From the NCBI RefSeq assembly GCF_011386835.1, contig NC_088803.1, positions 29,946,001 to 30,010,000 of the forward strand: 64,000 nucleotides of DNA, read 5' to 3'. Positions 1 to 11,702 of the stretch are shown one piece after another (the stretch's first letter is position 1; the number at the start of each line of letters is the position of its first letter). The notes below the pieces were generated by a model that ran no database searches, was not told where the DNA came from, and worked only from the letters and a program-made list of their open reading frames with translations. This DNA comes from Chrysemys picta bellii. Its lineage: Eukaryota. A program made the position numbers and the translations under genes.

Positions 1-335
1 CAGCAATAAATACATTATATTTAACTTTTGCCCAGGTCCTTTAAAAAAAATCAAACCTTGGCTAAACATGAAAACAAAACACCCTATAACGGAAGCTAGT
101 CATTTTAATTACACCATTAGCTTCAGCCTGACTCCACGAAGAGCAGGTGTCCAGGACCAGGAAGTAGCCATTGTTTTCTCTTAGCTCAAGCCAGGATTCT
201 CTTCTTTCCATCATAAAGAAAGCACAGGAGAAATTCTTAAAAAAAAAAAAAAAAAGCTTTCGGGTACACGACAAGGAGATGGTTGATGCCACACAAAAGT
301 TCCATGTATATAACAGTTTTGAGGGGAAAATCTAA

Positions 336-583
336 GGGTACGTCTATACTTACCCACTGGTTCGGCGGCAAGCAATCGATCCCGGAAGTGCTCGCCGTCG
401 ACGCCGGTAATCCTGCTCCGCGAGAGGAGTAGGCGGAGTCGACAGGGGAGCCTGCCTGCCCCGTGTGGACCCGCGGTAAGTACCTTTAAGTTCAAACTAA
501 GATACTTCGACTTCAGCTACGTTATTCACGTAGCTGAAATTGCGTATCTTAGTTCGAACCGGGGGCTTAGTGTGGACCAGCCC
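336..583. mobile_element. PIF/Harbinger-type MITE
   Basis: TIRs GGGTACGTCTATACT / AGTGTGGACCAGCCC; TAA TSD at 333-335 and 584-586; internal hairpin TTCAGCTACG...CGTAGCTGAA. Confidence 0.85.
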
Positions 584-600
584 TAAGATGGACACACTGG

Positions 601-676
601 ACAGATTCTCAGCTGGTGTAAATTGGCATGACTTCAACAGAGTTATGCCAATTTATATGAGTAGAGAATCTGGCCC
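601..676. mobile_element. Old hairpin MITE of the GGGCCAGATTCT...AGAATCTGGCCC type (probably Harbinger-derived)
   Basis: Imperfect palindrome CAGATTCTC..TAAATTGGCAT / ATGCCAATTTA..GAGAATCTG. Confidence 0.6.
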
Positions 677-693
677 ATTGACTGCTTCTACAC

Positions 694-1004
694 CAGGGGT
701 AGGCAACCTATGGCACACGTGCCAAAGGCGGCACACAAGCTGATTTTCAGTGGCACTCACACTGCCCAGGTCCTGGCCACTGGTCCAGGGGGCTCTGCAT
801 TTTAATTTAATTTTAAATGAAGCTTCTTAAACATTTTAAAAACCTTCTTTACTTTACATACAACAATAATTTAGTTATTTATTATAGACTTATAGAAAGA
901 GACCTTCTAAAAACGTTAAAATGTATTACTCGCACGCGAAACCTTAAAGTAGAGTGAATAAATGAAAACTCGGCACACCACTTCTGAAAGGTTGCTGACC
1001 CCTG
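694..1004 (+). mobile_element. hAT-type MITE, 311 bp
   Basis: TIRs CAGGGGTAGGCAACC / GGTTGCTGACCCCTG; degenerate 8-bp TSD TTCTACAC / TTATATAC; same family as 44452-44762. Confidence 0.9.
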
Positions 1005-2309
1005 TTATATACTGTTGCAAGCATCTTGTATACAATGCACCACATCCACACATAGCACTCTCTGCAAACATTAGTGGACTTGTGGATTAGAGTGTTTTCT
1101 ACATTTTATATTACCTTTGTGTTCCGTCAATGCTATTCTGTGAGTAAAGATTTCAGAGGTGAAGAGACCAGGCCAAGGTGAAAGCAGTTAAGTACTGCCT
1201 CAGCTGCTCTCAGATCTGTCCTAAATTGGTGGGGGAAAGGTAGGTAAGCCAAGAGCAGCCAAAGCCTCATGCAGTCAGCTTTACAGGTAGAGCTAATGCC
1301 TGGAGCTGGCAAAACTGGTACCGAAGAGGGGGCAGGAATATTCTAGTTTGCACTGGGAGGAACAACTGCATTGGTGTAGTTGCTACTCCAGGAGACTGCC
1401 CTGTCAACAAACTAATGCAGATTCAGGTAGTAGTGGATGGTACAGCAACAGCCATTCTAAAAGTGGCTGAGCCTGTGCACTTCTGGTAGCAGCTGTGTGG
1501 GTTAAAAGGGTGCCAGGGGGTTTGCAGTGCCAGTTCGCCAGCATAGATTTGGCCCTGTAGAGGGACTGGGGCAGTTCTGCTACACAGGAGGTAGGGCAAG
1601 CTTTGGGAATCCCACGCAGAGGATATGAGACAGAAGAAATATATGGGAAGGACTCATGGCTGTGCCACTTCCCTAACCCACGTAGTGCACATGCCAATAA
1701 TGAGGAAGTCTCTCCAGCCCCAAAGGGTGGAGAAATAGCTCTATTGCTTCAGAGTGGCCAGGGCAAGGCCCAGCAAGGCTAAAAACAAAACAAAACAAAA
1801 CCCTACACTCCACAGAACAGACTGGCTGCTGAGGGTGCACACTGTGGTCAGGATTTAGGCTACTCTCTTTTCAGACTGTCTACACTACGGATTCAGCAAA
1901 GCAGCACTAGTTACATTCAAAAGGTTTTCTAATTTTTTGGATTGGAAAGAAATTTTACAAATCGCTTAAGTATTGCAGAAATAGTTGTGTAAACCCCAGG
2001 CTACGTCTTCACTGTGGAGTTAACTTGGATTATCTACATTTGAGTTACACCTCTTCAGTTAGCCCAGCTCAAGTAAGAGCAACCACAGTCTCTCAAGCTG
2101 CCGTGTTCAGGGGCACGTGCCAGGATTCTTCGTGCTGCAATAAGCTGAGCTGCTCTGAGGTCGTTCGCTGTGAAACACGGTGAACCTGACTGCCCTTTCT
2201 GGGCACGTATGAGGGGAGGGATTTTTCAAGCCACAATCAATACCTGACATTTCTCGCTCAAATACATGTATATATAGATTTTTAGCAGTACAAAGGGAGC
2301 CCATCACAA

Positions 2310-2623
2310 CCATCGTCTGAACTATTCTTTACTCTCCTGAAGAGGAACATAAGTGGTAGTGTAGACATAGCCTATGCCGGCAAAGTGTATGTCGCTCAGG
2401 GTTGTGAATATTCCACCCCACGCAGCAACATAAATTAAGATGACATAAGTGGTAGTGTGCACAATGCTGCATCGGCAGGAGAGCTTCTCCCGCCAGCATA
2501 GCTTACTGCCACTCCTTAGGGGTGGATTAATTATGTCCATGGGAGAGCTCTCTCCGTCGGCATAGAGCAGCTACATGAGAAATACAGCTGCACCACTGTA
2601 AGCTCTCTAGTGTAGACATAGCC
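2310..2623. mobile_element. PIF/Harbinger-type MITE (family shared with 41241-41535 and 46924-47154)
   Basis: Right TIR AGTGTAGACATAGCC followed by TAA; shared internal motifs GCTCAGGG(G/T)TGTGAA and GGGAGAGCTCTCTCC. Left end uncertain. Confidence 0.7.
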
Positions 2624-2681
2624 TAAGTCTACACACAAAACAAGTTTCAGAATACCAAAACAGTTAGGAAATATTACTGTG

Positions 2682-3645
2682 ACACTGAACATAAGAGTGT
2701 CCATACTGGGTCAGACCAAAGGTCCATCTAGCTCAATATCGTGTCTTCCGACAGTGGCCAATACCAGGTGCCCCAGAGGGAATGAACAGGTGATCCATTC
2801 CCTGTCGCTCATTCCCAGCTTCTGGCAAACAGAGGCTAAGGACACCATCCCTGCCCATCCTGGCTAATAATCATTAATGGACCTATCCTCCATTAATTTT
2901 TCTAGTTCTTTTTTGAACCCTGTTATAGTCTTGGCCTTCATAACATGCTCTGGCAAGGAGTTCCATAGGTTGATTATGCATTGTATGAAAAAAAATACTG
3001 CCTCTTGTTTGTTTTAAACCTGCTGCCTATTAAATTTAATTTGGTGGCCCCTAGTTTTTATGTTATGAGAAGGAGTAAATAACACTTCCTTATTTACTTT
3101 CTCCACACCAGTCATGATTTTATAGACCTCTATCATATCCCCCCTTAGTCGTCTCTTTTCCAAACTGAAAAGTCCCAGTCTTATTAATCTCTCCTCATAC
3201 GGCAGCTGTTCCATACCCCTAATAATTTTTGTTGCCCTTTTCTGAACCTTTTCCAAACCCAGTATATCTTTTTTGAGAAGGGGCGACCACATTTGCACAT
3301 AGTATTCAAGATGTGGGCATACCATGGATTTACATAGAGGCAATATGATATTTTCTGTCTTATTATCTGTCCCTTTCTTAATGATCCCCAACATTCTGTT
3401 CGCTTTTTGGCTGCTGCTGCACATTGAGTGGATATTTTTAACAAACTCTCCACAATGACTCCAAGATCTCTTTCTTGAGTGGTAACAGATAATTTAGACC
3501 ATTTTATATGTATAGTTGGGATTATGTTTTCCAATGTGCATTACTTTGCATTTATCAACACTGAAATTCATCTGCCATTTTGTTGTCCAGTCACCCAGTT
3601 TTGAGAGATCCTTTTGTAGCTCTTCGCAGTCTGACTGGAACTTAA
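2682..3645 (-). mobile_element. CR1 LINE 3' fragment with decayed RT C-terminus
   Basis: ORF 3014-3424 (ANRMLGIIKKG...PHLEYYVQMWSP...[22 protein letters not shown]) is typical CR1 ORF2; 3'UTR and tail end near 2682. Confidence 0.95.
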
Positions 3646-3649
3646 CTGC

Positions 3650-4881
3650 TTCCCATATTTTTCATGGTAATATTATGATATGATTGTGTCAATCATTATG
3701 TATTTTGTGCAAGATAAGGCATGTGAGATATCATTGGAAAGGTTATGATTTGCTGAATATGATTATCCTATTTGTATTCATGTGTCTTTTTTTATCTAAA
3801 GTTAGGAATATTGACTATACATCTGTACTACAAAAGTGTTTGCACCTGGGGAACGCCCACTAGACAAAATGCAAACAGTCTGTCTGGCTAGCTGGGAACA
3901 AGTCAATGACCATTAGGTAGAACAATAGATCTTTGAAGATGCTAATCTCCCATCTTCCAGAGAAGCTGTCCTGGGATGCTACAAACAGCCTTTGACTCAT
4001 GGCTGTTTTGCCACTGCAGGGTCATGTGATCGTGTCACCTGGTACTAGACTCCATGACAGAATACCAGTATATTTTTTTTGGAAGGGGGGGGGGGGGAGA
4101 AAGGGGGAGAGAAGGAACCACACTGGAAAACAAAGGATTCTCACCATATGTAAAACCTATTTAGGGCAAGGGAGTGATATGATCAGTGGTTGTTCTTCAC
4201 TGAATCCGCATCCAGGATGACTGCTGTGAACATCCAAGAACTGAGTCCAGGCTGGAAAATGTGTCTGGCCTGTGAAAGAAATACCTGGAGTTTTAAGCTG
4301 CAAGCAAGAGCAACTTGCCTTCAAGAACCTCTGCAACCTGCCTAAAACAACATTTAGGGTGAGAAACCGGTTTCTGTAGTATCTTAAAATTATATTGTGT
4401 TTTCGGTTTTATGTGCTGGGTAATCTGCTTTGATCTGTTTGCTAACCCTTATAATCACTTAACATCTATGTTTTGTAGTTAATAAAGTTGTTTTAATTCT
4501 CTCTAAAACTAGTTTGTGGAATTCATAACTGGGGGGCAAAAAGCTGTGCATATCTGCCTCCACATTGAGGGAGGGAGCGAATTTTATGAGCTGACGCTGT
4601 ACAGTTCTCTGTGCAGCGCAAGATGATGAATTTTGGGTTTACACTCCAGAGGGCGCGTGCACTTGAGTGCTGGGCAGTTCCTTAGCTGAGCTTTCCCATG
4701 CAGAGCTGATCTCAGCATCTGTGTAAAATTGCAGCTGGGTGTGTCCCCACCTGTGTGTGTGCTAGAAGGGGGCTTGAGAGCCTGTCACAGCAGCACAGTG
4801 TAAAGGGAACCCAGGCTAGTGGGTCAGGCAAGCTCAGTGACACCCCAGAGGTGGGGCGGGGGGGGGGGGGAACTTGGCACA
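3650..4881 (+). mobile_element. Probable solo LTR (Gypsy-like)
   Basis: About 1.2 kb with the turtle-LTR layout I recognise: AT-rich U3, AATAAA near 4481, G-run, then a ...GCACA end. Boundaries approximate; no TSD confirmed. Confidence 0.6.
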
Positions 4882-7329
4882 AGTACCTCATAGCACTGAG
4901 CTGGACACAATTTAACATTCAGGAATCAAAAAAGCTTATGTGCAAGTGAAAGGTACATAGGAAGGAAAATAGAGAAGTCGGGGTGTTTATTTTTCTCTAT
5001 CAGCCTCTAAAAATTCGTTCTAGGAAAACCAGAAATAAAGGGATACAGAAACTATATCCTTTCCTTCCTCATTATTTCATGAGACAGTCACAGCCCCTTA
5101 GACTCAAGGTGGGAGCACAGACAAACTGAACTGCCAGAAGAAAGCAATCTCAATATAAAGATTATTTCAAAGCTTACAGTTGTCAACATCAGCATTCATA
5201 ACAATTGGCCCAATTCTGTCCTATCACTCAAGAATGCAACTCATTAGCTCAAGTTCTGCTCAGTTTAACAACTGTAAATATGCAACAACTTTACTGACTT
5301 CAATGAAGTCATGTCATATTTACACCAGTGTAACTGAACACAGAATTTTGCTCATTCACTTCAATGGGACAGGTAAGCTTATGGGGGAGCAGAATTGGCC
5401 TCAGTACTTTAAAGAAACTCCATCAACTTAATAACATCAAATAATAACTCCCTTTGAAGATTTTGTTACCTTATTGCAAGTAACATCAAGATGACTATAG
5501 TTGAGACATTAGAGAAAAATATTCTCAAATTTACAAGCTTGATTACTTTGCATATCTGATAGCCCTTTGTGTATAATCAGTTTCACAATTTCCCCTGTAT
5601 AGCCTGTTTGTTTGATCTCATCAATGCTAGTAAGAAAAGTACCAGATACCTTATTCACCACTGGTGTAGGTCTGTTGTTGGTAGCAACAGTAGAAAATAT
5701 TGCCATAGACAGATCTCTAGTGTTTGTCATCATGTCACCTAGTCCAACCCAAGCTCGCAGTGCAGATGAATTGCATCAGTGTAATAAGGGACTTGCACTG
5801 GTAGGCCTACCCTGGTTTGAAACATCTATGCTGGGGATTTGTATCAGTGCAAGTATCCCCAGTATAGGCAGGCCCTAAGAACAGGTGGTAAAATGTCTGA
5901 GCCCTTCCTGCAAGTGGAGCTTCCACCACTGCAAGAAGGTTATGGGTCTGAATTTTGCTAGTATAGATACAGCCTTTGGATCTCTTTACAAGAGAAAAAA
6001 ATATGGACCAAAAAAGAGAAAGCATGAGACTACGTAACTTGGCAGGAGGATATAGGGACAGGTGTAGTATCCAAAGCCACTTCTAATAAATTGGAAAAAT
6101 CAGTTGAGGTGACACGTGTCCCTCCAAGCTACCAGAGTCCAGAGGAAAAATAGCAGGGCAATGTAAGGACAACCACCTAAAAAACCAAACACACACAAAT
6201 CTCTACTCTTATTGTAAAGATCAAACTAAATTGTATTTGAACCAAGGCATCATGTATTTAATCACATATTTATGATGATTTTAGGAATCACATCACATTG
6301 AACAGTATATTGGATTAAAATGGATTATGGTGCATTTGACAATCTGTAAATGGACATAATCTATTCTCGGCTCAAGAAGCAAAGTTAACAAGAAGAGTCA
6401 ATAATAAAGCAGTTTTTAATCCTACATAATTACATTTTTTAAATTTTCTCTACTACTGCTAGTGCTATGTGTAGTCTGCAAGTGACACCACTTACAATGC
6501 TTGAGTAAACGCTACTCCTAATCTTTTAAGAGAATCCAGGAACAGAACAAAGTCTGTACTATTGGTTTCCCTTTTACTTTTATGAGTTTGCTAATAACCC
6601 TTGGACTGGCATCTCAAGTCTTTCCCCTTCTAATCAAGTAAGAAAGCATTTGATAAATCAAAAAATGTACCTCACAAAGTAATTTGATATATATTTTACA
6701 TATAAATAAGAAAAAATGCCACAAGACAATTTTAAGGAACTGAAAATGGTAACCCTATAGGCATCTTTTGAGACTTCTGTAAATGTGATAGAATCAAGAT
6801 GACAAATTTGGGTTGCCTCAGAGGGACAGCAACATACTGTGTTTTTAGAAATATCTGGTTTATGGGATACACTAAACAAGTTCTTATAAAAAACATCCAG
6901 GGAAACCAGTGATAAAGCAACACTAGGTCTTAACTCCAACATTCTTATCTCAGTATTCCTGAAGTCCTAATAAATATTTCCTGGCTAAACCTAAAAGAAG
7001 TTTTACCCATAAATGTTTACTATTTTCATTGTCTCAACTGCTGTCAACCTAAGAGTTTAACACCTCCCAAGCTACCCTCTTGAAACACACTAAACTACCC
7101 ATTAGGATAGATCCTTTGGTTTTGCAAACAACACCCATTCCCCTATTTCACCATAGTTTTTGCACAGCAAGAGCAAAACAGCATGCTCCAGATGAGCATG
7201 ATGCAAACACAGGTAGTGTCGGTTCCCACCCCATACAGAGAAGTCAAACGGGCTGTAAGCTACCCCCACACCCAGAGAAGTAAGACGTGGGGTGTGTCGA
7301 CTACCAACCCTCCCCGCACAGAAGAGCCA

Positions 7330-8190
7330 GTGATGTGTGTAGGCTACTCTCTCCCCACACGCACGGCGGGGGGACGTACGCTACCCACCTGCACATGTAG
7401 AGAGGCGGGCGGGGGAGGGATGTACGCTCCCCGCCCCCCGGGCACATGCACAGAGGGATCAGGAGTGGGTTTAGGCTACCAAACTCCCCCCTCCCCAACG
7501 CACATAGGTCGGGGGAATGGACGCTACGCGGGCCGGGAGGGATGTACGCTTCCCCACACACACGTGCACAGAGACCGGAGGGGAGTGAGGATGTACGCTC
7601 CCCCCGATCAGATAAGAGGTTATACGTTCCCTCCCCCCCCACACACACGCCCAGGTGCCGAGGGGAGGATATACGCTCCCCCCCCCCCCCCCGCACGCCC
7701 AGGGGAGGATATGCGCTCCCACACACACAGACCCCCCACGGACGCCCAGGGTCCGAGAGGAGGATATACGCTCCCCCCCACACACACACACCCCGCACGC
7801 CCAGGGTCCGAGGGGAGGATATACGCTCCTCCCCCCCCCCACACACACACACACCCCGCACGCCCAAGGTCCGAGGGGAGAATATACGCTCCCCCCCACA
7901 CGCACGCCCAGGGTCCGAGGGGAGGGGATTCGCTCCCCCACACACACCCCGCACGCCCAGGGTCCGAGGGGAGAGGATACGCTCCCCCCACACACACCCC
8001 GCACGCCCAGGGTCCGAGGGGAGAGGATACGCTCCCTCCCCCCCACACACACACCCCGCACGCCCAGGGTCCGAGGGGAGAGGATACGCTCCCCCCCCCC
8101 CCCCACACACACACACACCCCGCACGCCCAGGGTCCGAGGGGAGGGGATACGCTCCCCCCACACACCCCACGCAGAGGCCGGAGGGGACC
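7330..8190. repeat. GC-rich minisatellite: 10 well-conserved units of 44-63 bp plus degenerate copies on the left
   Basis: Core GCCCAGGGTCCGAGGGGAG(A/G)GATA(T)ACGCTC-(C)n-(CA)n-CCCCGCAC begins at 7649, 7697, 7744, 7799, 7862, 7906, 7955, 8005, 8062 and 8125. Confidence 0.95.
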
Positions 8191-8600
8191 CACACGCGCT
8201 CTCACCCGCGGTCCGCAGGGCCGTCTCGGGCCGGAGCGGGGCTGGCTGCGCTCCGCGACGGTCGAACAGGAGCGAGAGGCGGGGCCGGGAGGAGCCGGGG
8301 GCGGCCTCTGATCCCCTCCCCGCTCGGGCGCTCGCTCCCCGGAGGCGCCCCGGGCGCTCGGGCCCCGGGGGTGTGTGTGGAAAGCAGCGAACACGCTGCC
8401 GCCCGCGGGTCTGCCGGAGATCGCGGGGCCGAAGCGGCACCGGGGCCGAGCCAGGCAGCCCACCCCCGGCGGGCGGGGCGCCGCTCACCTCGTTTTGCGG
8501 CCTGCTGCAAACACCCTCCCCGAGCCCCGGCCGGAAAGCGCGGAAGGGGAGAGGGTGCGAATATGAGCCTGGCCCGATAGTGGGGGGAGGGGAATGGAAC
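8170..8600 (-). promoter_or_regulatory. Second intragenic CpG island, probable further DLGAP4 alternative promoter or exon
   Basis: Dense CpG and GC boxes; donor GAG|GTGAGC at 8489/8488; flanked by AT-rich DNA on both sides. Confidence 0.75.
8489..8599 (-). other. Candidate 111-nt phase1-phase1 exon (PFPSPHYRARLIFAPSPLPRFPAGARGGCLQQAAKR)
   Basis: Polypyrimidine tract of about 35 nt, then TTAG|; donor GAG|GTGAGC; open in the DLGAP4 frame. No transcript evidence available. Confidence 0.45.
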
Positions 8601-9952
8601 TAAGCCGGGGGGGAGGGGGGAGAAGAGGAGAAGAAGAAATCGCACACACTTTTTTTGGGGGGGGGGAGAAGAGAGAGAGAAGATGCAGCCTGGAGAGAGG
8701 CACATGCTGTGGCCACAGGGCCCCTCACTCTCCCCTGCACATCCCGGGGAAGCTGGCATGAACCCCCCCCCCCCTTGAAGCACAGCCCTGTTGGGACCTG
8801 GAAGGAGGGGCCGGGCCTGGGGCAGCAGTGAGGACAGATGGCACAAAATGCTCAGCAGCAGGAGAGGCAGGCAGATGCCAGGAGGTGCCCTTCTCACAGG
8901 AGTCCCAGCCATATGAACCGTACAGCAAGAAGTCGAAGGGGTTTTTGTGGGAGATACACATACAGCAAGCCCCATTGTACAGCACCTGGCACAACAATCC
9001 TGACTGGATTAAAGTTTAGGGACCCCTGTATACATAAAATCAGGCTCAACACCCACCTCACTGCTCAGGTTCAAGACAACTGAACCTGCTACACACCCAG
9101 GAGTTGGTCAGTGCAGAGATTTGTTACACCTCTTACCCAGCTTTTGATATAACCATACACAATCCCTCCACGTATACAGGGTAGGATCTCATTTTAATCT
9201 TTTAATTAGTGGTCAAAAATATATAGCATGACAGTTTTACTGTTCAGGAGCACTAGATGATAATTGGCTGTTGGAATATTAAATTTGTGGCCCATAACAT
9301 ATGCCTTTTTAATTTATATGTTAAAAAAAATCCTTGAGAAACAGTCTGGGTTTGATGAAAGACCTATACACCTCTTCATTTTTTGTTCATGTAGCATATT
9401 TAGGGTTAGAGCTAAAGGCCATTGAAGTCTGGCCCTCAAATATTTACAAGTATGGCGTTCTATATGATACGACTGGCATGGTACAGAATGCTTCAGAGGC
9501 ATCAAGTCAAATAGTAAGTAAAAAGTAGGTATTTTCACAATGTAGCCTAAAGACACTACTAGGATATAGCAAGTAAAATGCTAGTTTAAAGAATGTTGTT
9601 AACCTATTTAAGTCTCTATTTTTAACTTTCTAAATGGAAGCAATACTCAATGTAGCATAGCTGAAGGATGAATGGTACAATATGTACAATTCCCAGACAA
9701 CAGCCTTTACTCAGAGTGAGGATTTAATTAACTCATCTATGTTTACAGTGTTATTAGAATGTTGTAGTTGTATGAACTAAAGCATGAAAACTGGAAATTG
9801 TATTACCCATATGGTGCAACTCTAGCCTCTTTGCAAATATCCTTATTTTGTTGATACACTAGAGATATGGACAATATTTGTATTTTGAGGTAAGATGCTG
9901 TCTGTATTTTAGCCAAGACATAAAACCCAAAACTCTGATCACTGTTTGAGGG

Positions 9953-10129
9953 GGGAGGGATAGCTAAGTGGTGTGAGCATTGGCTTGCTAAACCCAGGGT
10001 TGTGAGTTCAATCCTTGAGGGGGTCACCTAGGGATCTGGGGCAAAATCAGTACTTGGTCCTGCTAGTGAAGGCAGGGGGCTGGACTCAATGACCTTTCTG
10101 GGTCCCTTCCAGTTCTATGAGATAGGTAT
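9953..10129 (+). mobile_element. tRNA-derived tortoise PolIII/Cry-type SINE with CR1-like tail
   Basis: A box TAGCTAAGTGG, B box GAGTTCAATCC, then GGGCTGGACTCAATGACC...GGTCCCTTCCAGTTCTATGA CR1 3' end. Confidence 0.9.
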
Positions 10130-10479
10130 TAAAAAAGAGGAGTCCCTGGCACTTTTCACAAGAGTTCCCTAGCCAAAATTCCAGCTTGCTCAATTATGCT
10201 CTGAGAGTCTAGGTATCCTACAGTTTTCATTGGATTTAGTGTTCTTTGCCCACAGAAAGAGTTTACATCAGAAAACAGTCTTAAATATTTGCACAATAGA
10301 CTGTACTTTACTCTGCTTACTACATTAAAATGAAGCGGAAGTTTCTTTCTATATTTCTTCATTTATCTAGTCATCATGGGCATTCATTGACAATGATGCT
10401 AAATCCCAAGAGCCATAAAATGGAAAAAACAAAGCTCAAGGTATGCCATCAGCTGAGAGCTAGTGCCTGATTCTTTGGT

Positions 10480-10750
10480 GCACTAGTTTCCATTTGATGA
10501 TTACTTAGTGGCCACTTCACGTTTGAGTCTCAGGCCAGTTCCTGGTGGACAGGTGTCCACTTCACAAAAGGCATGCACTTTGTGCCATTGTTTGCAGGCT
10601 TAGCAGCAAGGGCAAGGATTGATTGGGCAGAGTGACTAAGCATTCCTCATGCTTAAAGGTAGTCCTGGGGTTCAGGTAGATGGGCAGGGCAGGAGAGGGG
10701 AAATCTGAACTACGAACAATGCTGTACCTGTCCTGTATATAGAGGACTAA
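10480..10750 (+). mobile_element. LF-SINE relic
   Basis: CTCAGGCCAGTTCCTGGTGGACAGGTGTCCACTTCACAAAA (10529-10569) and ATGCTGTACCTGTCCTGT..ATAGAGGACT match the LF-SINE consensus as recalled. Confidence 0.8.
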
Positions 10751-11702
10751 GGAGCTCACATATGCAAGGATTACCTCTCCACTTTTACAGGGATCTCACT
10801 TGCACAAGCCAGTCAAAGTTGTTACTGCATTGGGGAGCCAGAATGCCATCTACTCTGGACAGAGTGGATTGTAAGAGCTTACTTTAGCAGTCTCCTCTTA
10901 GTAATCATGAGTGTTTTCTGGCATTGGTATTTCTGGTAAGCATATTGGCACAAGAACAATAAATGTTAACATGCAGTGTAAGAATTAATGCCCATAATTA
11001 GCTGTGGAAATCTCCATAATCCATGAAAAGATTTTACTGTCACTTTGCAACTATACTTCCCAACAAACATCAGAACCTGGTGCTAGGCGTAAAGCTGAGC
11101 CTGTTACTGGGCATGACCCATGCTGCTCCCCACACAATGGGTTGGCTTGCTGATGAAGCAGCAATGCTAGGTGCCAATACAATGTGCTGCCATTTGGCAG
11201 ACCCCAGCCAGTTTCCTTGTGCCCAGGCTTTTGCTCCCAAGAGGTCCTGAACACCTGCAATGTTACTTCAATTAGAGTTGCAAGTGCCAAGAACCTCTCA
11301 GAATTAAGCCCCAAGCTGGAAGGAGCTGAGATTCTGAGCTCGCCCTCTGCAGCAAAGTGAAGTCCAGGGTAGATGTGGCTTTAAACCATTTTGTGCCTCC
11401 TGAATTCTGGGCCTGCCCAGGCCCCAGCATAAGATTACAACAATCCCAGGGGTTGCTGTCAAAACTTTCCACTGCCTATTGAATACTCCACTCCCAGAGT
11501 GCTCTAGCTATGCCCCTGCCCATCCCCAGAATCTCCCCTTTTGTCCTTGACACACTCCTAGAGGCTGCAAGGGGTTGGTATTGGGTCATTATGCTAGCTC
11601 TGTGTTGCCCAGGGAGCTACACTGTAGCTACAGGGAATAGCCGCATAAAGGGGGCAGAATGCAGCCCAGGAGTGAAAAAAATCACATTGTAGGGGACAAG
11701 AG

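Noticed and set aside
5509-6025. AT-rich minus-strand ORFs as a possible endogenous viral element
   Set aside because: They are short, partly overlap a MITE-like end at about 5740-5876, and contain no viral motif that I recognise.
7649-8190. CRISPR-like array (constant repeat with variable spacers)
   Set aside because: The spacers are only (C)n/(CA)n slippage tracts, the context is a vertebrate intron, and there are no cas genes.
7183-8603. Six overlapping long ORFs (191-465 aa) on both strands
   Set aside because: They are by-products of the stop-poor GC-rich minisatellite and CpG island; the peptides are repeat translations (PHTHT, GVCV).
9953-10025. tRNA gene
   Set aside because: The A and B boxes continue directly into SINE body and CR1 tail; it is a tRNA-derived SINE head.
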